A DNA stretch of 56,034 nt from a virus (lineage: Duplodnaviria > Caudoviricetes): positions 1-56,034 of IMG/VR virus record IMGVR_UViG_3300033233_000048. The stretch is one strand, 5' to 3'. The notes beneath the pieces were generated by a model. The model did not search any database and was not told the origin of the DNA. It saw only the letters and a program-made list of their open reading frames with translations. A program made the translations under genes and the position numbers. The first letter of the stretch is position 1. Each line of letters opens with the position of its first letter. Positions 17,013 through 27,124 of the stretch are shown here, in pieces.

Positions 17013-18163
17013 TGCCTTTCGCAGACTACAAAGATTTCGCTGATTGTGTTAAGAAGAATTCCGATAAGAAAGATCCACAAGCCTATTGTGCAACAATCGA
17101 ACGAGCTGTACATGGGAAAGAATCGTTGGTTTCGGAAGTCATTGATGCGAAAGAAGCCCAGTTCTCGACTGATGAGACAACGGGTCGGATGACTGGTCGA
17201 GTTAAGATCATCCAAGCCGGGCGCGCTAAGAACCCAAGGAATTATCGTTCTAGCGCACTTCGTAAGGCAGCGAAGGAGGGTATCTATAACGGACTCCGTA
17301 TGTTCGTAAACCACAGTGATAAGCCGCCACTCAAGCGTTCGCTTAGTGAGCTGGTCTCTGCTGTGGAATCTACCGAGTATGATCCAAAGACAGATTCGAT
17401 CTATGGTAATATCGAATACTTCAACAAAGAGTTTTTCGACTATGCTCAACGAGCGAAGAACTATATGGGTGTTTCGGCTAGCCATAGGATCCGTGTTAAT
17501 TACGTCCAAGAAGGCAGCCGAATGATCGAAGATGTTCAGGAGATTGTTGGCGCCCATTCAGTAGACTGGGTTGTTTTCCCGTCAGCTGGGGGCGAAGTCA
17601 TTTCGTTTGCCAGAGAAAGTGAAGGAGCAGATGACGTGGAGTGGAGTGAAGTAACACTTGATCAGTTGAAGCAAAATGCGCCTCAGATTCTTGAGGAGTA
17701 TAAGACTTCGCTGGCACGGGAATCGGCCGACCCAGATCCGCCTGATGATGGCGAGAAGATCACAAAGGCCGAAGTTGGTAGGATTGTCGCTGAACAAGTT
17801 GCTAGTATTCAATCGAAGATGATTGAAGATGCAACTAAGAAGGAAGTGACAGTTAAGAAGATTCGAGATTTCGTTTCGAAGTCTGGACTTCCTAGTCGAA
17901 CACAAAATCGACTTATCTCTCAGTTCTTAGGAACTACTTCATTCGTTGAGGAAGACGTGAAGGAGGCTGTCGAGGAAGCGAAGGCTGAACTCAAAGAAGC
18001 AGGTGCTGGACCTAGAATCGTCGGTATGGGACCGTCTGGTTCTACTGGTGATGAAAGTCCTCGAAAGATCATTTCCGCAAAGGAGTCAGTTGAAACATAT
18101 TTTGGTTTCAACAAGAAGAAGGAACAGGCCACTACTACCACCGCTACTCCGAAGGAGAGCTAA
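17012..18163 (+). CDS. Prohead protease/scaffold fusion
   Basis: Protease-fold motifs KIIQAGRAKN.R.Y, FVNH, GVS, SVDWVVFPSAGG; coiled C-terminal scaffold. Confidence 0.8.
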   Translation: MPFADYKDFADCVKKNSDKKDPQAYCATIERAVHGKESLVSEVIDAKEAQFSTDETTGRMTGRVKIIQAGRAKNPRNYRSSALRKAAKEGIYNGLRMFVNHSDKPPLKRSLSELVSAVESTEYDPKTDSIYGNIEYFNKEFFDYAQRAKNYMGVSASHRIRVNYVQEGSRMIEDVQEIVGAHSVDWVVFPSAGGEVISFARESEGADDVEWSEVTLDQLKQNAPQILEEYKTSLARESADPDPPDDGEKITKAEVGRIVAEQVASIQSKMIEDATKKEVTVKKIRDFVSKSGLPSRTQNRLISQFLGTTSFVEEDVKEAVEEAKAELKEAGAGPRIVGMGPSGSTGDESPRKIISAKESVETYFGFNKKKEQATTTTATPKES

Positions 18164-18166
18164 ACG

Positions 18167-18565
18167 ATGGCCCGAACATTCGTTAACGCCGGGCGTCGCC
18201 GGCAGTTCACTTCAGCCGCCCTCCATAAGGCCGGCGATCTCGTCTATACCGATGGATTCTTTGGAGTCGTCCAAGACGATGTAAAGACCGTTGGTGATCA
18301 GACAATGCATATTCTTGATGGCGTTTGGGATCTTCCCTTCGTCAACAACGCTGCAGCTATCTCTATCGCAGCCGGTGCAAAGGTTTGGGCTGCACCTAGC
18401 GTTATTGCCACATCACTGACTCTGTATCCTGGCATCTCAGTTCCGTCAGGCGCTGCCGCGGTCGGCCGTCTGTGGTCAACTTATGCTTCTGGTGCAAGTT
18501 ATGCTCGAGTTGCTCTCTTCGGTGCTGAGAACCAGTACGCAGCGACGACACTGGCTCTCACGTAA
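18167..18565 (+). CDS. Capsid decoration/cement protein (DUF2190-like)
   Basis: MARTFV..G, AGDLV...FGV, GVWDLP; sits between scaffold and MCP. Confidence 0.7.
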   Translation: MARTFVNAGRRRQFTSAALHKAGDLVYTDGFFGVVQDDVKTVGDQTMHILDGVWDLPFVNNAAAISIAAGAKVWAAPSVIATSLTLYPGISVPSGAAAVGRLWSTYASGASYARVALFGAENQYAATTLALT

Positions 18566-18586
18566 GTAATAGGAGGTTAAGTAGAA

Positions 18587-19627
18587 GTGCCAGCCAACTC
18601 AATGGGTTTGCCTGACGGCAAGCACGTTCGTTTGTATGACGCTTATATTGAAGCTCGGGAACAAGCAGAGTCTGGTGTTCTCGATGCTGAAGAGGCGATG
18701 TCAACGAGCGACTTTGCTACTTATCTAGCGAAGTTCATTCGTCATACTTTTCTTGCCAGATTCAATGAGATTCAAGGAGTTTGGAGCCAGTATACTCGTC
18801 AGCTTGATCTCGAAGATTTTGACGATTATACGAGCTCACGATTCGGTCGTTTTACTGATATTCCGGAGAAGGCTCATAACTCTGAATATAATGAGTTTGC
18901 AGTTCGTGAATTCAACGCCGAGACGGTTCGACTGAAGACTTGGGGGGCGGCTTTCAGTCTCACTCGTCAGCTCATCATCTCTGACCGACTCAATAAAGTT
19001 GCTGAGTTCCCGAATCTTCTAGCAGAAGCTCTTGCTCGTACGGTGAGTAAGAGGGCAGCTATCAATGCTCTCCAGAGTAATCCTACAATGTATGATGCTA
19101 ATGCTCTGGTTAGTAATGCTCATGGTAATCGAGTTACTACGGCCCTAGCCGCTACGACTACCGGCCGTGATGATCTGATAACTCTAGATCTGAAGTTCGA
19201 CGACCAGACAGATGATGAAGGCTATAGCATCATCGTTCCTGGTGATCGAACACTTTTGATTCCAACTGAGCTCCGCTTCGTGGCTAAGGCAATCAATGAG
19301 AATGAACTACTTCCGAATGGTGCTAGTGCCCTTGAGGCGAACACTGTTCGTGGGATGTTCAGTAATATCATCATTGAGCCTTTCTTCACAGATGCAGACA
19401 ATTACTTCGTTCTGGCTGATCCCACAGGTCCACTTAGTCCGCTTGCATATCTCACATTGAACGGTCAGACACAACCTTTTGTTGGTCTGAAGGATCCTGG
19501 AGTTCGAGCGGTACTTGGTGGAAATGACCCATATTCATTCGACTTCGACGAGATCAAGTACAAGCTGCGCCATGACTTCAACTTCAAACCGATCGAGTGG
19601 CGCGGTATCATCGGTGCTGTCGTTTAA
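18587..19627 (+). CDS. Major capsid protein (HK97 fold, Mu gpT-like)
   Basis: STSDF, L.TWG..FSLTRQLIISD, YKLRHDF..K.IEWRG; AGGAGG RBS. Confidence 0.9.
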   Translation: MPANSMGLPDGKHVRLYDAYIEAREQAESGVLDAEEAMSTSDFATYLAKFIRHTFLARFNEIQGVWSQYTRQLDLEDFDDYTSSRFGRFTDIPEKAHNSEYNEFAVREFNAETVRLKTWGAAFSLTRQLIISDRLNKVAEFPNLLAEALARTVSKRAAINALQSNPTMYDANALVSNAHGNRVTTALAATTTGRDDLITLDLKFDDQTDDEGYSIIVPGDRTLLIPTELRFVAKAINENELLPNGASALEANTVRGMFSNIIIEPFFTDADNYFVLADPTGPLSPLAYLTLNGQTQPFVGLKDPGVRAVLGGNDPYSFDFDEIKYKLRHDFNFKPIEWRGIIGAVV

Positions 19628-19639
19628 GAAGGAGTTCTG

Positions 19640-20050
19640 ATGACAGCAACTACCGTACGTACTCCAGCTCCATATGCTCAGAATATCTTTCTAGATGCTT
19701 CTATTGGAGTTTCAGGGAATTCAGGAGTATTAACTGGGTTCGATACTGCTGCTCAGCTCAGAGCTAGACTTCTAGTTACTGGGATCGGTGGCAGTTTACC
19801 TTACCTGGGAGTTGTACTCGAGGAGACTCTTGATGATCCATCTGGAGCGAGTGTCTACTGGGGTTCTTTAGGAGTATTCCCAACGATTGGGCCAACGTTG
19901 GTTGCGGCTACTTGGGCGCTTCTCAACATCCCAGGTCCATTCTCTAAGAACCTCAGGTTCCGTCATGTGATCGGAGTAGGAGGCAGCGGCGCATCGCCGG
20001 CCTTCGTTTTCCGAGTGGATGCTATTTCTAAGTCGGGTCCCTATTCTTAA
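19640..20050 (+). CDS. Putative virion structural protein (beta-rich)
   Basis: AAGGAG RBS; follows the MCP. Confidence 0.6.
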   Translation: MTATTVRTPAPYAQNIFLDASIGVSGNSGVLTGFDTAAQLRARLLVTGIGGSLPYLGVVLEETLDDPSGASVYWGSLGVFPTIGPTLVAATWALLNIPGPFSKNLRFRHVIGVGGSGASPAFVFRVDAISKSGPYS

Positions 20051-20074
20051 CGGGTAGGACTAACTTCGTGACCA

Positions 20075-23071
20075 GTGGTCACTAGAAAGGAACTAGGCGG
20101 TATGTCTTTCAAGATTTCCCTCGGTATGATTGTTCGTAACGAGGGTAGAACTCTCAGGCAGTGTTTAGAGTCGGTGGCTCCCTTCGTAGACGAGATCGTG
20201 ATCGGTCTAGGAGGGGAGTCCACCGATGATACTGAATCAATAGCACGAGAGTTCACAGATAAGATCATTTCCATCGAATGGAAAGATGATTTCAGTGATG
20301 CTAGAAATCAGGTTCTTGATGCAGTCACCGGTGATTATTTTTTCTGGGTTGATGGTGATGATGAGGTCATTGGGGCAGAGAATCTTAGAAAATTAACTAC
20401 TCATAATCCTAATGTAGATGGTTTCTACATGGGATATGATTATGGTAGGGATGAAGCTGGAAACTGCTCATGTTACTTAGTTCGTGAACGACTAGTCAGA
20501 CTCCATGATGAACTTCCAGATCGCGGTTGGCGTTGGATTGGGAAAGTTCATGAAGTGATGGTAGCCCGAGGTTTCAAGGAAGTCTCACTACCTGTGGATA
20601 ATGTTCTTATCAAACATCACAAACCACCGAACAAGCATGACATCAACCGGAACATTGATATCTTGTATTCTCAGCTTGAGGAACAAGAGCCGAATCCAGA
20701 CCCTAGAATTCTTGGTTATCTGTGTACTGAGAATGCAGGTCGTGGTAATTTCAAAGAAGCAATTCTTCACGGGCAACGATTCATCAAGTTGTCAGGTTGG
20801 TTAGAAGAACGATACCAAATGCAGCATCGAATTGCTGATATGTATCGAGTTACCAAACAGTTTGAAAAAGCAATAGATGCCGATATGGATGCTATTCAAA
20901 TGGTTCCAGATTGGCCTGATGCTTGGTTCGGATTAGCGGAAACATATAATGCTGTTGAGAATTACAAAGCAGTAGTTGAATACACTAAGGCGGGGGCGAT
21001 CAAATCTGCTCCAAACACGATGCTAATCATCAACCCTTTAGACTATAACTTCTTTCCTGTTCTGATTCTTGCTGGGGCATATGCTCATCTCGGTGACTTC
21101 GAGATGGCACTCGCTAATTATGAGAAAGCATACGCTATTCGTCAAGACGAAACAATTGCCTATCAGATCAATCTTCTGAAGAAGGAGATTAATCTTCAAG
21201 GTGTTACTCAAGCTTTCTTGATGCTCAGAGAACATCTCGGTCGTAATGATGAATGGCTCAAAGTTCGTAAACTATTTGATGTAGTACCTAAGCATCTTGA
21301 ACAACACCCACAGGTTCATGATGCATGGCAACGCTCAATGATACAAACTGATCATGTTCTAGATCCACAAATTATGATCGATTTCTATACTGAGAATCCC
21401 CATTGGACTCCTGTAGATGAAGAACAGATCAAAGACCCCGGGTGGTTAGTATATCCACGGATGAAATTCGCCTTAGATACAGCTCGTAAGATTCATGCAA
21501 AAACTATAGTGGATTGGGGATGTTCAGATGGATTCATCGCCCTCCCGCTTGCGAGAGAAACAAGAGCCCACGTTACCGGATTCGACCTCGACCCGCGATG
21601 TGTTGATCTGGCAACGGTACGAGCTAAGGAATGGGGAGTGGACGCTCGTTTCGAGGTCGGTAACGTGGACCAGATCGGAGGATGGGAAGGTTCAAAAGCT
21701 GACCTTGCTGTAGTTTTTGAGCTACTGGAACACGTTGTTGATCCAGCTAGAACACTTGAAGGAATTGAGAAGACAGCTAATCGAATCATTATGACAACCC
21801 CATACCTCTCATGGGAAGATGGGAATATTCCACAGTGGGATCGTGTTGAACCTAAAGGTCATCTTCGTATCTTCGATCAATATGATCTTGAGAGGATCTT
21901 AACTCCGCGTGGTCGTATTTGGAATCTATATCGAGAACCTTGGGCAAAAACTGGCTGGCTCTTCACTGAGTATATTCCCGGTGAACGTCATGATAAGAAT
22001 ATCATGATTGGAGCAATGGGTGCTCCTGAACCCTGGAACCCAAGGATCATTGATACTAGTGGACTTGGTGGTTCAGAAACAGCAGTTGTTCGATTAGCAG
22101 AAGCATTCGCACGACAAGGCCACAGGCCGGTAGTTTACTCTAATATTGATGAACCTGGTTACTATGAGGGTGCTTGTTACCGAGATGCTTCTCACTTCAG
22201 GACTGAGATAGAGTCTGATCTTTACATCGCTTGGAGAGCACCAGAACAAGCTGATTGGGAGATAAATACTAAACAGCTGGTTCTGTGGATGCATGATACT
22301 GATGCAGGGGATCGACTGACTCCAACTCGGGCGCGGAAGTTCGATTCAATAGTGATTCTGACTGAGTGGCATAAGCAGTTCATGTTAGAAAAGTATCCAT
22401 TTTTGAAACCAGATAAACTCATTGTTATTGGGAATGGGATTGATCTTTCACGGTTTGAAGGAAAAGTTAAGAGAGATCCTAAGCGAGTTATTTATTCGTC
22501 TTCACCAGACCGCGGTCTGGATATTATCCTAGAAGGAATCTGGCCGAAAGTGATAGCGGCTGTCCCTGATGCTGAATTACATGTTTACTACGGATGGAAT
22601 AACTTCGATAAGTTCGCTCCGATGTATCCACATCTTCAGGAATTCAAGAATAAAGTCCAAGGTTTATTCTTGGAATCGAAGAATGTGGTTCAACATGGAA
22701 GAGTTTCTCAGAAAGAACTGGCTGAAGCTTTTCAGAAGTCTTCAGTTTGGCTCTATCCAACTTACTTCTCTGAGACTTATTGTATTACGGCGATTGAGGC
22801 TCAACTTGGAGGGGCACTGCCAATTACTAATGAACTCGCCGGTCTAAAAGAAACAGTAGTATCTGGTGATATAATCCCTGGTGATGTAAGAAATTCAGAA
22901 GTTCAAGAACTTTACGCAAGAGCAGTGATTCAAACATTGAATACACCTCTAAAAGATCGGGGTACAATGCATAAGAGGATCTTAGAAAATGCTCCTGCGC
23001 AAAGTTGGGATTGGGTCGCCAACCTGTGGCGTCATTACTTCCTTCAGGAAGGAGAAGTAACTCGTGGCTAA
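20075..23071 (+). CDS. Multidomain GT2 + TPR + SAM methyltransferase + GT-B (GT4-like) glycosyltransferase (start may be 20102)
   Basis: GT2: ISLGMIVRNE, DDFSDARN, WVDGDD. TPR-like helices. MTase: IVDWGCSDG, GFDLD, ELLEHVVDP. GT-B: GGSET, YSSSPDRGL, ETYCITAIEA. Confidence 0.9.
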   Translation: MVTRKELGGMSFKISLGMIVRNEGRTLRQCLESVAPFVDEIVIGLGGESTDDTESIAREFTDKIISIEWKDDFSDARNQVLDAVTGDYFFWVDGDDEVIGAENLRKLTTHNPNVDGFYMGYDYGRDEAGNCSCYLVRERLVRLHDELPDRGWRWIGKVHEVMVARGFKEVSLPVDNVLIKHHKPPNKHDINRNIDILYSQLEEQEPNPDPRILGYLCTENAGRGNFKEAILHGQRFIKLSGWLEERYQMQHRIADMYRVTKQFEKAIDADMDAIQMVPDWPDAWFGLAETYNAVENYKAVVEYTKAGAIKSAPNTMLIINPLDYNFFPVLILAGAYAHLGDFEMALANYEKAYAIRQDETIAYQINLLKKEINLQGVTQAFLMLREHLGRNDEWLKVRKLFDVVPKHLEQHPQVHDAWQRSMIQTDHVLDPQIMIDFYTENPHWTPVDEEQIKDPGWLVYPRMKFALDTARKIHAKTIVDWGCSDGFIALPLARETRAHVTGFDLDPRCVDLATVRAKEWGVDARFEVGNVDQIGGWEGSKADLAVVFELLEHVVDPARTLEGIEKTANRIIMTTPYLSWEDGNIPQWDRVEPKGHLRIFDQYDLERILTPRGRIWNLYREPWAKTGWLFTEYIPGERHDKNIMIGAMGAPEPWNPRIIDTSGLGGSETAVVRLAEAFARQGHRPVVYSNIDEPGYYEGACYRDASHFRTEIESDLYIAWRAPEQADWEINTKQLVLWMHDTDAGDRLTPTRARKFDSIVILTEWHKQFMLEKYPFLKPDKLIVIGNGIDLSRFEGKVKRDPKRVIYSSSPDRGLDIILEGIWPKVIAAVPDAELHVYYGWNNFDKFAPMYPHLQEFKNKVQGLFLESKNVVQHGRVSQKELAEAFQKSSVWLYPTYFSETYCITAIEAQLGGALPITNELAGLKETVVSGDIIPGDVRNSEVQELYARAVIQTLNTPLKDRGTMHKRILENAPAQSWDWVANLWRHYFLQEGEVTRG

Positions 23072-23489
23072 TGTTCTTTATGATAAAGGAAGGAATGCTT
23101 TCCTTCAAGGTTCGATCAACTGGGCTGTTGATAATATCAAACAACAGTTTGTTTCAATTTCAAACCAGCCAACTGCCTATGTATTCAATGCATCGTTAGA
23201 TGAGTTCTTTGCCTCTGTGCCTACTGGGGCTAGAGTTAATACATCAGCAAGTTTGAATTCTAAAACAGCGACTTCTGGTATTGCAGATGCCGCTGATCAG
23301 ATTTCATCTGGTGTTTCTGGTCCAACGATCGGTGCAATCGTTATTTACAAGGTAACTGCTACTGCTTCAGCTACAGATCAGCCACTGATTGCTTACATTG
23401 ATACTGCTACTGGAATGCCAGTTGGCCCTAACGGTGGAGACATCACAACTCAATGGGACAATACAACGAATAAGATCTTCAAGCTGTAG
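23064..23489 (+). CDS. Virion structural protein
   Basis: MANVLYDKG.., LIAYID, NGGDIT.QW..IFKL pattern typical of phage structural proteins. Confidence 0.65.
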   Translation: MANVLYDKGRNAFLQGSINWAVDNIKQQFVSISNQPTAYVFNASLDEFFASVPTGARVNTSASLNSKTATSGIADAADQISSGVSGPTIGAIVIYKVTATASATDQPLIAYIDTATGMPVGPNGGDITTQWDNTTNKIFKL

Positions 23490-23496
23490 GTTAAAG

Positions 23497-23946
23497 ATGG
23501 CTCTCTACGACTTCTCCATCGACGGCCTCGCCCTCGTCGCGGCGACGGCGAAGACCGTCCTCGAACTCGGCACGGCCTCGACCGACCGGGCCAAGATCGT
23601 CCGATGGTGGGTCGAGTTCGACGGCGCGACGAGCATGGCCGTTCCCGTCAAGGTCGAGGTCGGCCGCTTCAGCGCGGCCGTGACGACGGCCACCACCGGC
23701 ACGGCCAACAAACAGGATAACGCCGACGCCACGCCCACCACGGTCGTCAAGCACTCGACCACGACCGAGGGTGCGGGCACCGCCGAAGCCGGGCTCGAAA
23801 TCCACCGCATCCACCCGCAGGGCGGCCTCGTCATGCAGACCCCGCTCGGCAACGAGAAGACCCTCGCCGTCTCGACGTTCTGGCGTATCCGCTGCACCGC
23901 TGCTGCGGGCGTCAACGTGACGGCGGGTGTCGAATGGTCGGAATGA
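23497..23946 (+). CDS. Putative structural protein (GC-rich island)
   Basis: Thr/Ala-rich beta protein in the structural operon. Confidence 0.6.
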   Translation: MALYDFSIDGLALVAATAKTVLELGTASTDRAKIVRWWVEFDGATSMAVPVKVEVGRFSAAVTTATTGTANKQDNADATPTTVVKHSTTTEGAGTAEAGLEIHRIHPQGGLVMQTPLGNEKTLAVSTFWRIRCTAAAGVNVTAGVEWSE

Positions 23947-24515
23947 CCGTGCGTCGCGTCCTCGCCGCACTCGTCACGGCCCTGCTCCTCGCGACTCCCG
24001 TTCTCGCAGCGCCGGCGCCGACCGGCTTGGTCCAACTATGGGACTGGTGGACGAAAGGTTACGAGTCCTCGCTGGTCATCTCGCGCACGCCGCCCCACTG
24101 CTTCGTCACCGACGACTGGAGCCTGCAACTGTGGAGCGGTACGCTCGGCCCGGGCCAGACATTCGAGGCGCGTGTCGATTTCTGCTACCGGGCCGATGTC
24201 GTGCTGCTTCGGGAGATCAGCGATAACCACGAGTCGATGATCGTCAATGCGGACGGTCGGGGCAATCTGCGGCTCGAAGTCGTGAGCGCCCTGTTCACGT
24301 CCGGCTATGAGACTGCGGAAACGACGAACAGCCGGGACTATTGGCAAGGCTGCGGCCTGTTCGAATACCGCCAGCAGGATGCCGCGGGCTGGTATGCCGG
24401 GCCGGTATTCGTCCGCCTGACGAACGTCGGGTCGCGCACGGCGCGCGACGTGTCGCTGCTCGCCGAAGTCAGTCTCGACGCTTCGGGGTTCCGCGCTCGC
24501 TGCGCGGGGAGCTGA
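23943..24515 (+). CDS. Predicted secreted protein with Sec-type signal peptide
   Basis: MTVRRVLAALVTALLLATPVLA-AP; ATGA coupling. Confidence 0.65.
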   Translation: MTVRRVLAALVTALLLATPVLAAPAPTGLVQLWDWWTKGYESSLVISRTPPHCFVTDDWSLQLWSGTLGPGQTFEARVDFCYRADVVLLREISDNHESMIVNADGRGNLRLEVVSALFTSGYETAETTNSRDYWQGCGLFEYRQQDAAGWYAGPVFVRLTNVGSRTARDVSLLAEVSLDASGFRARCAGS

Positions 24516-24520
24516 GCCAG

Positions 24521-25312
24521 ATGGCGATTGCTTTCGTCCATAACCTCGGGACCGCCCAGACCAAGGTTGGCGCGCTGACACTGGTCATCACGACTTCGGC
24601 CGCAGCCAGCGCTGGCAATACGATCATCGTTCGCGCGGTTGGAGTCGACGCGATTCCGAATGCAAGTGTTACCGATACCGCGGGCAACACCTACGTGCTC
24701 GATACCGACAACTCAGGCGCCAACCCCCGAAACGACATCTGGCGGGCCGACAACGTGGCCGCCCTCGCCAGCGGTAGCTCGATCACGGTCACATACAGCA
24801 CCACGTTCTCCGCCGCAGCCGCAGCGGCCGATGAGTTCAGCGGGGTCACGGCCACGAGCCCGAAGGATGTCAGCGGGGTCGGATCAGGCTCCTCGACCAC
24901 GCCCTCGGCGACGGCCGATCCCGTCGCGACGAACGACCTGATCTTCGGCCACGTTTCCGTCAATGGGCCGACCGGCGACACCTATACCGAGGACACCGAC
25001 AGTACCGGCGGCGATACCTGGCACACGCTCACCCGGATCGGAACGTCAGGTGCCGGGGCGACGAGCAACGTCACCAGCAATGGGGCTTACAAGATCGCCA
25101 CGGACGGCTCGGCACAGACGTATAACCCGACGCTCGGCACGTCCCGGGCTTGGCGCGATACGGTGACGAGCGAGACAGCCGCTGCCGCCGCAGACGCCCG
25201 CCCCGCCCCCATCCGTGTCGCATCGCAGGCGGTGACCCGCGCCGCTGTCTGGTGCAAGGATCATTCTGGGCTATGGGTTCCAAAGCGACGACTTTGGGTT
25301 CCTGGTGGATAA
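24521..25312 (+). CDS. Ser/Thr-rich beta-sandwich structural protein
   Basis: GGGGAG RBS; MAIAFV, ASVTDTAGNTY, EFSGV; C-terminal GLWVP..LWVP. Confidence 0.7.
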   Translation: MAIAFVHNLGTAQTKVGALTLVITTSAAASAGNTIIVRAVGVDAIPNASVTDTAGNTYVLDTDNSGANPRNDIWRADNVAALASGSSITVTYSTTFSAAAAAADEFSGVTATSPKDVSGVGSGSSTTPSATADPVATNDLIFGHVSVNGPTGDTYTEDTDSTGGDTWHTLTRIGTSGAGATSNVTSNGAYKIATDGSAQTYNPTLGTSRAWRDTVTSETAAAAADARPAPIRVASQAVTRAAVWCKDHSGLWVPKRRLWVPGG

Positions 25313-25318
25313 TAAGTA

Positions 25319-27124
25319 ATGGCTAGAATCGGGCGAAGTTTTCCACAAAGTACAAGACTGCGACTGGCGCCGAAAGATACTGGGACAACCATTGTTCCGA
25401 CTTCTATTTCATCTCAAGAAGCGATTGGAACACCAGCATTTATTCTCACCAATACTGGTATTTCACCGTCAGCTGTTGGTTCAACTGAGGCTGTTGGTTC
25501 TCATACTCTTAAAGCCACAAATGTTATTTCTCCATCTGCAATAATCTCAGGCGAAACCTTAGGAACACCTGCACTTATCCTCAGTGGAATTTCTATTCTA
25601 CCAACCGGCGTTATTTCTACAGAAGCTGTAGGAACTCCAACTCTAGTTCTCACTGGTATCAGTATTCTACCAACTGAGATTGTAACAGACGAAGCAGTTG
25701 GTGCTCATACTCTTAAAGCCACAGCTACTATCTCTCCTTCGTCTATTAGTTCTGCAGAAGCGGCTGGTTCATCGACTCTTATCGCAGTTGCTTTTATTAT
25801 TCCAACTGCCATCTCAAGCGATGAAGCAGTTGGTTCACCCACTCTTGCAATCCCTATTCAAACTATTCAACCAACGGCGATTGCTTCAGCGGAAGTAATA
25901 GGTACTCCTTCTCTCATCCTTGCTAATATTAACATTCTACCATCGTCAATTGTTTCAGCCGAAGCGGTTGGAACATCCTCTCTTATTCTAACCAACATCA
26001 ATATTCTACCAACTTCTATTATTTCAAGTGAAGCGGTTGGTTCTCATTTACTTAAAGCTACTAATTCAATCCTACCATCAGCTATCAATTCAGCTGAAGC
26101 CACTGGAACGCCCTCATTAGTTCTCAGTGGTATCAATATTCTACCAACTGGGGTATCAACTGCGGAAGTAGTAGGTACTCCTAATCTTCTGGCAATCAAC
26201 ACAATTTTGCCAGTTGCTATAGCAAGTAATGAGGCATTAAGCGCCCCATCTCTAATTCTTGCTAACATCAATATTCTACCCACAGCAGTCTCATCTGCTG
26301 AGGCAATAGGCGCTCACGTTCTCAAGGCTACAGCAGTCATCTTACCAACTGCTATCAATTCAGCAGAGGTTTTTGGTTCTCTCAGATTCGACCCCCTGTG
26401 GCCTACTCCTATCTCATCAGATGAGCAGTTAGGAACTCCAACTTTAGTTGCTGGACAGCCTGGCGCTGTAAACATTCTACCAACGTCAGTTTTATCTGAA
26501 GAGGGAACTGGAACACCTTCCTTATTAGCTGGTGGAGTTAGTGTTCAAATATCAGCTATAGGATCAGCCGAAGCAGTTAGCACTCCGAGCTTAATTGCTA
26601 CAGCTAAGATTCTTCCAGTAGTTATCAATACTGAAGAATCTGTTTCCCAACCGGTTCTCTACAGTTCAGCGACTATTAGTCCCGCCTCTATTAATCCACA
26701 AGAGGTACTGGGTACTCCGTCTATCATCGTCGGGGCATCTATAATTCAACCAAGTGGAGTTAATAGCGCTGAAATTAGTGGCAATCCAATACTTGTACCA
26801 GGACAAGTTTCTGTTCTTCCAAATAGTATTACTGCAAGTGAACTATTTGGATTACCAATTCTTATCCCTACTAACACAATCATTGTAGAATCTGCTGCTT
26901 CAGCAGAAGCATTTGGTTTCCCGGTTCTATCACTCGGTGTTACTCGAATCATCGTGAACGGAATTCCATCAGATGAATCCTTCGGTACTCCGACACTTCC
27001 AGTTCTTATTGCAGGTTGGCGGTGGATAAATCGCAGTCCTGCCTGGAGAACTACTAAATCTAGAGGATGGAGTGAAGCGCAAGATTCTCTTGTCAAGACT
27101 CGAAGAAATGAAGGCGATAGCTAA
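25319..27124 (+). CDS. Ser/Thr-rich tandem-repeat fibre-like virion protein
   Basis: About 24 copies of a 22-23 aa repeat, I.P..I.S.E.(V/F)G.P.L. Confidence 0.85.
   Translation: MARIGRSFPQSTRLRLAPKDTGTTIVPTSISSQEAIGTPAFILTNTGISPSAVGSTEAVGSHTLKATNVISPSAIISGETLGTPALILSGISILPTGVISTEAVGTPTLVLTGISILPTEIVTDEAVGAHTLKATATISPSSISSAEAAGSSTLIAVAFIIPTAISSDEAVGSPTLAIPIQTIQPTAIASAEVIGTPSLILANINILPSSIVSAEAVGTSSLILTNINILPTSIISSEAVGSHLLKATNSILPSAINSAEATGTPSLVLSGINILPTGVSTAEVVGTPNLLAINTILPVAIASNEALSAPSLILANINILPTAVSSAEAIGAHVLKATAVILPTAINSAEVFGSLRFDPLWPTPISSDEQLGTPTLVAGQPGAVNILPTSVLSEEGTGTPSLLAGGVSVQISAIGSAEAVSTPSLIATAKILPVVINTEESVSQPVLYSSATISPASINPQEVLGTPSIIVGASIIQPSGVNSAEISGNPILVPGQVSVLPNSITASELFGLPILIPTNTIIVESAASAEAFGFPVLSLGVTRIIVNGIPSDESFGTPTLPVLIAGWRWINRSPAWRTTKSRGWSEAQDSLVKTRRNEGDS

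Noticed and set aside
20069-20083. TGACCAGTGGT(C/G)ACT shared with 7600-7614
   Set aside because: A single short match between two hairpins that cannot be distinguished from chance without statistics.
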